64,000 bases of DNA, from positions 124,001-188,000 of the forward strand of contig CBFFRP010000242.1 in the NCBI GenBank assembly GCA_965644295.1, in the 5' to 3' direction. This document shows positions 55,436 to 64,000 of the stretch, one piece after another (the first letter of the stretch is position 1; every line of letters begins with the position of its first letter). The stretch is from Paraphysomonas bandaiensis (lineage: Eukaryota > Protista > Chrysophyceae). The notes under the pieces were generated by a model. The model was given only the letters and a program-made list of their open reading frames with translations, did no database searches and was not told the origin of the DNA. Position numbers and translations under genes: made by a program.

Positions 55436-57289
55436 TGACGGCCTTGCAAAGGAAATGTTAATAAACAAGTAATTAAACCAGTAGTAATTACATTCCGCCG
55501 AAAACACACAATCGTTAATCAAGATGATATTCGATGTGGAATATTAATGATGGTTTCAATCCACTTCGAAGTGTAAATATAATTTAAAGGCCCACGTCAA
55601 TGTTGCATGCAAATTACATACGCCAGCGGATTTGCAACGACCTTTTGCTATGAATACATCTGCATCACAAACGACGGATAAAACGGATTTCACAATCTGA
55701 GAGTATCTTGAACGGACACTGTACGATATGACAAAAGTAGTCCAGTTCCGTTGAAAGAGGAGGAGTTTGATGTTACTATTTTGTCGTTTTTTTGTGTTTT
55801 TTGTGCTGCATATATTCTGTATGTATAGCCTTGTACGATTGTTCCTACTTTGGACGACTGCAGAGCGTGAACTGGTTCGAGTTCGTATCTAGATATGGGA
55901 AGAAAACATCCCCAAATGACTTAATGAGAATTATTGGATAGAATGTGACTCCTCATTTTTAATAACTCACTCACTTATTTTACTTTAAAGTGTTCTATTC
56001 GTCAGTAAATAATGGAGGGTGAAACGAATAGTAGGGCTGGCAACAGTGTTGTATCACCCTCTGGCCTGAGAGATACAATGGACAATCTAAATAAACGAGG
56101 TGCACCCTATAGCGCGGATGATTTTCTGCGGGGTACTACCGCGAAAGCGTGCTATGGTTGTGATGTAATCCAGATATCCAAACTGGTGAAACGTAGGGAC
56201 TCAAGGACTTCTGCTCCAGCCCTGTAGTTGTGATATCGGCGGTATCACAACTTCTTGGTCAATCTATAATGTTATTCTACGACATTATATTATACCTTTG
56301 TATAATAGCTAATGGCTATATTATCTAAGTTAATGTAGACGTAGTGTAACGCTTAGATCCTGTCCTGCTGCTGTGTGTAAGTGATAATAAAAACTATACA
56401 ATAGGAATTGCGTCTGCGTTGCTACAATCTGCGACGATGGTATGTAGCGACAATATAGAATATAGTACGCTTATCACGTTTCCGAATATGATGAATTCCC
56501 TTCCACAACTGAATTTCTACCAAGCCGTTGTTGACTTATCGAGAACAATAGCATTTCATACTGAGCAACGAAAGGACCACTTGTATCCCATCACTCCTGA
56601 GAATTCGAGAATATCTTGCGACCAAGTCCGGTGAAGTTCCACTACCTTCGTCATCTCATGGACCCCACAACGACGCCATCAGAAAACCAGCACTGCATCA
56701 AAGCACTATGTTCTTATCCCCATTTAGTCTCAAAAAAATCTATTTTTGACCTGATTTTGTCTCAACAGGGCGCTCATATTAGCACCAGGCAAATATAGAC
56801 ATTCAACTTCTATATTCGGTTCAACAGAAGTTCACTTCTATCTTTATTATGATATTGACAGCCGTATGTATGTGATATCATTATTGTTTATAGTTTATAG
56901 TACACTATTATAGAGAAACCACAATCATGAGCCTAATATCAAGAGCAGATCATCTAACACTCCAAGTTATATACTGCTCTTGAAGATCATAATGAGGTCA
57001 GTGCAAGTGATCCGTCTTCATATCCATGACTTCGAAACAACTTCAAGAATACTACAGGATCGTTTAAGTACCATATCTGATGCTATATAGGTGGTTAGGA
57101 GCAGTGGCACCCAGTTCTTTCAGGGTTTGGGCCATATCGTGCTTCTCAGGATATTGTGTGCCTCATATCATACACACATCTTTCGACCAGGTGCACTTGC
57201 AGAGGATAAGCCTGCTGTATATAAATGTGATGATGATGGTACCTAGTAGGTAGTGAACGTGTGATTATAAATAATAGGCGTGTTAGAGT

Positions 57290-57532
57290 CAGCCCGGATG
57301 CTTGACTTCAGCAGGAAACCCAATACCCCTGATGCAATCGAGGTGGACCCATTCCCGGATACTTGCTTATTCGTCAAGGCCCAAAGACGTCTACACAAGT
57401 GACACTTATTAGTGTTTCTTGTACCACACAAGCATATGGCTATGAGTGGGCAGAAAATTATCTGCAGATTATAATGAAAAAGGTCCCCGGTACTTTTCAC
57501 CACGAAAAGGTACGAGTCCGACTTTGTTGAGG
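57290..57532 (-). repeat. Dispersed repeat family 'CCTCAACAAAGTC', copy C (inverted relative to A and B)
   Basis: Its reverse complement begins cctcaacaaagtcggactcgtaccttttcgtggt and aligns to 933..1040 and 3380..3511. Confidence 0.8.
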
Positions 57533-58310
57533 TATATTTTACCTGGACGGTAGACTTCTATATATCTCTATTTTTTCTGAGCTATGTTGCATTGTTTTAA
57601 CCTCTACGTAACTATATGCGAGGACATGTTATGACTTCTCCAACCCGTTTGAATCAAATATTATTTTGACGAGAACGAGGCGGATCATAATTTACAGTGA
57701 GCCTATTCAACCATTCTGACTATAGACTTTATGATTATATTTTTATTATTAGATAAAAACACGGCATCAGGACATACTATTAGATCGAAATTCTGAGCCA
57801 AAACGTCACTATTTAATTCAAATCCTGTGAATCACCATTGAGAATGCTGTCTGTACTCTTTTATTAGTTCTCACTCAAAACCTCATCATAAAGTGCTTTG
57901 AAATATGGCCCCACTTTCAATACAAAAATTTTGCCTGACATTGCATTCCTTTGGAACTACATCGTGCTTACCAATTTCTGGTGTTGTGAGCGGAGTACGA
58001 CAACGGAATCACACAAGCTCTAATGGTTAGCATCTCTCACATCTCTGAAACTGTAATAACACATAACTGCCTTTTACTGTAGTGGTCACAGGCTGGACTG
58101 CTACAGGAATCTTGAAAAATTCCAAGGAAAAGTTCAGAGAAGCATCTCACGGAACACGAGAAGCAGCAGTACAACAATTACTGACTTTACATGGGCGTGT
58201 ACACTTATCTTTCCGCCTGATTGTTTATTATCATTTGTAATTTTAAAATCGCCGCTTAAATAACCTTAACCCTAAAAATGTGCATTCAATTTCAAAGAGA
58301 CTCTTCACCT

Positions 58311-58388
58311 CAGGGTCTGGTAACCGTTAATGGTAATGCCATTAAAATTGCCGGGAACTGGACTACCATTAATGGTTACCAGGCCCTG
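58311..58388. mobile_element. 78-bp hAT-type MITE
   Basis: 25-bp terminal inverted repeats CAGGGTCTGGTAACCGTTAATGGTA / TACCATTAATGGTTACCAGGCCCTG (2 mismatches). Flanked by a perfect 8-bp TSD CTTCACCT (58303..58310, 58389..58396). CAGGG termini with an 8-bp TSD are typical of hAT elements. Confidence 0.9.
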
Positions 58389-58540
58389 CTTCACCTAACC
58401 TGAGAACCTAATACACAATGCTAAATTTAAATCGTCTAAACGTGCCTTCAGAAGTCATACATGGAACAGTTCAATATTATTCAAGTACAATAGCATCATT
58501 CTACTCGGACTAGTATCTACTTTTCAATGCTCTTCAAACT

Positions 58541-60364
58541 TTAAACATCATCGATATCTATCGCGTTATCATCTACAACCCTAAGCTGTTGAAAAGACGA
58601 AGTGTTGCTACCCTCCACCGGAGGAAAATTAGAGGAAAACTGTTGATCATTCTCAAAATCTATCACATCGTGTGGATACGATGAGTTTAGTGGTGGAGGT
58701 GACTGTCGTTGATTGCGAATTGTCCAAGACGGAGGAGGCATAGGAGGGGGAGGAGGATTCATGCCTGCATGATATGGCACAGAAGGGGGTGGCGCCGATG
58801 GAGGGGGTGGATTACTATATCCCCTAGCAACAGGATGGGCTGAGTATTCGCCATGAGTATTGGACTGATTTTGTATATGCTGATCACAAGGGCGGGTCCA
58901 GATATGATTTAGGCCAAGTGCAGATAAAAATTTATCCGTCTGAGGGTTTCCTTCAGAATGAAGTTGCCTGCCGTAAGGTAGGTCGCATGTATTGATATTA
59001 GGCACTCTCATACTCCCATAAGCCCTTCGTATCATGTCTGAGGCTTCGCTGATTTCCTGTAAGTAACAATGTCATATTGATGTGTACGCGACAACAAGTG
59101 CTTCCAACCGATTGCGTGACAGCTTCTACAACGGCAGGCATTTGCACTGGTCCATTAGAAGTGCAGAGCAGAGAGTGGGTCTTACGGAGAATGGCAACCC
59201 ACTGCGGGTCGTGCTGAATGAAATTCCCATCATTCGGTGCAGTGCGGGTCTTGACAACTTTCATTATCTGGAGAAAGTCTCTGTAAATAACCACACTACA
59301 AGTTACGACATAAAACACAAATCCAAAGTGTCCGCACCTCCCAGGAAGCACTTTATCAAGAGCAAGAAAACGAGTGCTTGTGGGTTTTAAGGCTTCTGCA
59401 GGGCGTGATATATTGTCAGTACCTTGTACATTACCCTTGACATCAGAGACTCCTGAGGAATCCTCGGTCAACAACTGTTCGTGTGAATAAATAGCTGCGA
59501 ACTTGACGTGCAAGTGAGCCGAAAACCACAGTGATGGTCGGAGGCCGCGTAATAAGTGCATAAGGGGAGGACTGCCCATCGAACCTGAATCCATTTCATC
59601 TCTGAAATATGGCTTTCGCTGTAGCAGTCTCTCTTTGTCACCGTATTCCCATATATCCGTCGGCCAATCATGCGAGAGAAATATGTCTACACGGCCAGTA
59701 ATTTGTGCCATGCGAAATATTTCCAGCTCTCTTTGGTGATAGATGCTGCGAAGCGTGTCTGGCGTGTACGGCGGTAGCTCAAAGTGGCCAATACGATAAT
59801 GACGTTGGTTAAATATGCCAGAGATGCCAGCAATGCGAACACCTCCAAACCATACCACACCTAAAAGTCACGATTAACAAAACTTACCTAATTGTGCATA
59901 CAATGCACCTTGACGGTTTTACCTGCAAATCCCATGAAATATATATTCGGGGCAACGTAACCTCCGTAGTACAAGCTATGCAAGATATTGGAAGCCTCGT
60001 GATTACCACCAATAAATATCGTCGGTACATATGCCACTTTCTCTCCAGTAACATACTGATGAAATGTATTCTACAACAAAACCCATTGTAAAAAATAACA
60101 CTGCTATTCCAGCACACATATACCAACTTCCGATACTTCTGAGGAACAGCAACACACTGCAAGTCTGTGTTGGTCCGCACGCACTCGAAGTCACCACATA
60201 CAAGCAAGAGATCAACTTTCGGCCCGCCTCTCTTTTCAGCCTCGCGTATGGTATCATATATGATATCCAGCTCCCCTGAAAATAATCCATAAGGGTAAGT
60301 GAATGACCGATATGGCTCCAATACCATGGCAGCAACCTTCCACTGCAATATTTAAATATTCCAT
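58541..60364 (-). CDS. DBR1: RNA lariat debranching enzyme, ~516 aa; exons 60364..60325, 60275..60124, 60070..59923, 59860..59338, 59280..59109, 59056..58541
   Basis: The spliced product has the Dbr1 metallophosphoesterase motifs [74 protein letters not shown] and NPQT. Five GT-AG introns of 49, 53, 62, 57 and 52 nt keep the frame (1,551 nt CDS). Confidence 0.96.
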
Positions 60365-60685
60365 GTCAATTGTAGAGTATAGAATGAATCTCTGTATATG
60401 GGAAACGAGGAAGAGATTTCACTGTGCTTTTTACTTCGTCCTTGTTTGGTAAGGCAGAAGTTCATTGATGCATGGAAGTCTGCAGATAGCGGCAGGGAAA
60501 GTTTTTTACAGGTGTACGTACGTACAGGAGAATTATAAATACAGATGAAAACTACCGCTGACCAATCATATATGTTGTACCAAGTATTTAGGGTTATGGT
60601 TCGCTGATATTGTCACAAAGTCAAAGTGTAAGATGAGGTGATCACTTTGTAAAGGTTGCTATCACTTCATTGAGCTGCTAATAAT
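60365..60685. promoter_or_regulatory. Putative bidirectional promoter region (321 bp between divergent ATGs)
   Basis: DBR1 ATG at 60364 (-) and propeller-gene ATG at 60686 (+) are head to head; tataaat at ~60534. The regulatory role is inferred from geometry only. Confidence 0.5.
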
Positions 60686-63314
60686 ATGGCTCCTAATCAT
60701 GGTGCACTCTTATTTTCCTTCCTTTTGGAAGCTGTTTTAGTTCACTCAACGATAAGTAACAATGGAACTACCACGACAACGTTTGTGACCCTTGAACCAT
60801 TGGAAACAGTTAATTACAGCTTATATGGAGAGGGGATGGCTTACGATACCGAACGGGATCGTTTTATTCTGGGAAGTTTGCAATTAGGAACTCTAATATC
60901 TGTACCACGGTCTACACTATCTGAAGGAAGTGTTTCATTTGATACAGCAGACATCACGTTTTTATTAAGTGAGCGTCCTGCATCATTTAATGGTAGCAAT
61001 TTTCTTGGACTTGAGATGGATCCTCATAATAGTAATACTCTGTGGGGATGTGTTTCATATGGTGACTATCATACGTATGGTGTTGCCAAGATAAACTTGT
61101 CCACCAACTTTGTCGAGTTTTTCGATATGTCGCATCTTGTACGCACTATTCATTATTCTGGACAGAAACCGACTGACTTATATTTAGGCTAATCCCGAAA
61201 CAGGAAGTCACGCTGTGTTCAATGATTTGACTCTTGATTCAAGAGGCCAATACCTGTATATTACAGACACTTGGTATGTACGGTCATTGTCCCAATACAT
61301 GTGGATAACTCTCATTCACCACCTAGGGGATACCAGGTACTTCGAATGGACGTTTCTTCAGGTAGCACAGAAGTGTGGGGTAATGGTACAGCATACTGCA
61401 CGGACTGCTTATCAACTGAGCCTCACTATGATGGCCCGAATGGGATTGCATTGGCATGTGTGACACATATGGGACATGTGCCTGAAAGTTGTTACCAGGA
61501 GTGCGACAGAAACGATGAATTCTTATTAATAGCCCTTGGAGCTTCCTCTAACACTCTATTAAAGGTTAATACTTCGATGCCTTTTATAGAACCGGATGCT
61601 ATTTTGGTGAACAATAACGCTGGGTATCTGGAAAGTATGGTAGGTAACAACTATTTCCTTTCCATTGCAATGAATTTATTCGGTAGTATACAGGATGCGA
61701 TAGCTCTCTCATCTGACCATACTACCCTTTATGTTCTTGGAAACGGTGTAAACTCATTGTTTGCTCTTACGAGTAGTGATAACTGGGTCACTGCAACGCT
61801 CCGGGCGACATATAATGCGGCTTGTCCGAAGTTTCAGCCCTCTGCGCTGTCAATAGTGCGAGGGCGTGATATAACTGTATATTGTACAAATGGATTTGGT
61901 GCCGCTCCGTATCCACTGACAACACTCACCAATGCTTTTGGTAACTAAAATAACACTTTTCAATGCTATATGAACGTAAACATATGTGTGCATTGAGTTC
62001 TGTGGTGCTTGATATCCTTACGAAATATATTTCTGACTGATTCTTTCAGAGAGAGTCAATGCTGTGCATGGTTTGCAGCTAAATATTTACAATATGGTTG
62101 GCGAAGGAATAGAGTATGATGGTGGAGTTAAAGACCGTCTTATCGTAGGTTCAACATCAACTGGATCTATCCGTGGAATTCCGAATACTGACTTCATAGG
62201 TAAGTATAATGAGTGGCCTTTGGTATTTTATGAAAGTTTTAAGCATGCTGATTTTTGCAGGAGTCAAACATAGCGATCTAGATACACATGAATACTTCTC
62301 AGGCGGAGGGAGCATACCAATCACATCTGTGAAAGGTCTCAAAATTGATCCCAGTGATAGGTGTTTGCTCTGGGTTGCTGTGTCCAGTACGCCGATAGGT
62401 AAGCGGTAGTGCAAGCACATCAGTTTTTGTAAAGTACGTGTGTTGCAGGCGTAGCACTTTTTGACATCTGTTCGTCATATTACTCTTCTGAACCTAGTAC
62501 TTTTGTTAACTTATCTTCATACGGCAATCCTTCGTACGGGTCATCTCCCAACGATATTGCCGTTCATGAATCTATTTTGTATGTTACAGATTTTCAGGGT
62601 GGCTATCTCTGGTCAATACGCAATCCAACATACAGCAGCACTGCATATGTTAGCATATTTAAGAAGTTTGAAGTGTCAAGCCACCCGAATGGCATTGAGA
62701 CGACAGGTGATCTTCTGTTGGTGAGTTTGTCGGCGACTGGCAGCCTATGGGTATATAATTTAAAAACTGGTAAACAATATTTTGTTGATATTCAATATCC
62801 CGCATCGACGATGAATTTGAATGGCGATGGCCTTCGATTTGATGCTAACCACGAAGTACTCTATGTAGCACGTCATAGTTACGATTCAGTAATTGCTTTA
62901 GTTAGCTGTGATGAATGGCGGACAGCATATTTGGCAACAGATTTTTCGGCCAATTGTTTCTCGACGCTGGGATCTCCCAGTGTAACGACCCTTGCAATGG
63001 CAGGTAGCAATTTGTGGGTATTTTGTTCCAATGACTTTGGTACTGGCCCGTACTCTATTAACAGAATCCAAAATGCATCTGGCCAAGTATACTCTGGAAA
63101 TACCGCTTGTTTACCAACTGACACAGAAGATTCTGTTGGCTCTGGACACAGCCACAACGACGACAGTGTTGTTCAACAACCGCTATTTTGGAGCACTCTT
63201 TTTCTGGCAATTAGTTTAGCAACAGTTTTATGTAGCATTTATTACGTCACTTTGTACCACAGTTTAAATGGCGAAAGCGATACCACTACAAGTTCGTTGA
63301 TTCAAGGCACTTGA
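60686..63314 (+). CDS. Type-I membrane protein with two tandem SMP-30/gluconolactonase-like beta-propellers, ~750 aa; exons 60686..61138, 61188..61273, 61327..61639, 61694..61940, 62050..62199, 62261..62398, 62449..63314
   Basis: Six GT-AG introns (49, 53, 54, 109, 61, 50 nt) join the ORF fragments into a 2,253-nt frame. N-terminal signal peptide. Duplicated motifs GEGMAYD/GEGIEYD, GLEMDP/GLKIDP, NDL..YITD/NDI..YVTD, GPNGI/HPNGI, DAI/DGL, SSDNW/SCDEW and CTNGFG..PY/CSNDFG.GPY. C-terminal hydrophobic helix LFWSTLFLAISLATVLCSIYYVTLY. Confidence 0.85.
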
Positions 63315-63653
63315 ATGTATGTAATCTTGTAATCACTTGTCTCTTAATGAACATTAATACTGGTATATAACTAAAATAAGGATATTCTATGTTCTATGAT
63401 AAGTATTGAGTAGAATCATGCGTAAACGCAAAAAATATAAATAAGAATAGAAAAGAAGCTCTGAGAGTGAAAATTGAACGTGATGCAACGGGTATGTTGT
63501 ATGCTGAGTCACCAACTTACCACTATAATGATTATTAAAAATGAAGAAAAACTGTCCATTTACATATAGATATACTCCACGCAGGGAGTGACAGCATCTC
63601 ACTTGTGCGTGCATGACTACATGTCATACACTGCTTACTGTATTTCCGTACAA

Positions 63654-64000
63654 TTACTCCAAATCCTGAACCATATTCATATCGAAATTGAGCCCAAAAG
63701 TAGTCGCCCCAAATAGCTTTCTCTTTTGCAGTCCAGTAGAAGGTTCCTTCTTGAGATCGGAATTATCTGAGGCTAATGCATGCTGAACACTGTTCTGATT
63801 CAGCACATTTTCATCATTTTCTTGCACACAATTGATGTTTTCACTCTGAGACATATCAAGGAAGTTTTGCAACCGAGCTATTAACTCATCCTTCCGTCCT
63901 GAACAACAGTTAGCTGATAAACGATATTTTTGTTGCTGTGTATACGTACCACTCACTGGAAGTGATCGCTCCGACAAAAACTTTTTTAGTTCAGGAACTT
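63654..64000 (-). CDS. SAP-domain protein, 3' part (gene starts beyond the window); intron 63899..63949
   Basis: Removing a 51-nt GT-AG intron gives VPELKKFLSERSLPVSGRKDELIARLQ, a canonical SAP motif. It is followed by a low-complexity tail with a basic QKRKL motif. Confidence 0.8.
   Translation of the reverse strand, partial: VPELKKFLSERSLPVSGTYTQQQKYRLSANCCSGRKDELIARLQNFLDMSQSENINCVQENDENVLNQNSVQHALASDNSDLKKEPSTGLQKRKLFGATTFGLNFDMNMVQDLE

Noticed and set aside
56032-56224. Possible hAT element with TAGGGCTGG...CCAGCCCTG termini (also ORF 56012..56227)
   Set aside because: Only an 8-bp inverted match with no target-site duplication; the ORF has no recognisable features.
58261-58275. Telomere-like taaccttaaccctaa
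   Set aside because: Only two imperfect units; not an interstitial telomere array.

Overview
Eukaryotic genomic DNA with ~50-nt GT-AG introns. The host is most plausibly a stramenopile protist; that taxonomy is inference. The window is dominated by one gigantic minus-strand gene (4012..55435). Reading past the ORF track's GTG start reveals two 47-nt introns and a signal peptide, giving a 17,109-aa secreted protein with a single 51,162-nt terminal exon. It is built from ~35-37 fibronectin-III domains, ~9 filamin-like repeats, 3 PA14 domains, two 8-Cys modules and dozens of 'EVQ...GxFxLxF...WxVTF' repeats. The notable feature is a nested architecture: runs of N orphan 'EVQ' strands are followed by exactly N strand-less repeat bodies, all inserted inside FN3 or filamin domains. 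The left 4 kb holds a complete 2,070-bp non-coding LTR retroelement (LTRs, PBS, PPT, 5-bp TSD) and fragments of a dispersed repeat that recurs inverted at 57.3-57.5 kb. The right end holds a 78-bp hAT-type MITE, the lariat debranching enzyme DBR1 (6 exons), a divergently transcribed double beta-propeller membrane protein (7 exons), and the 3' end of a SAP-domain gene.
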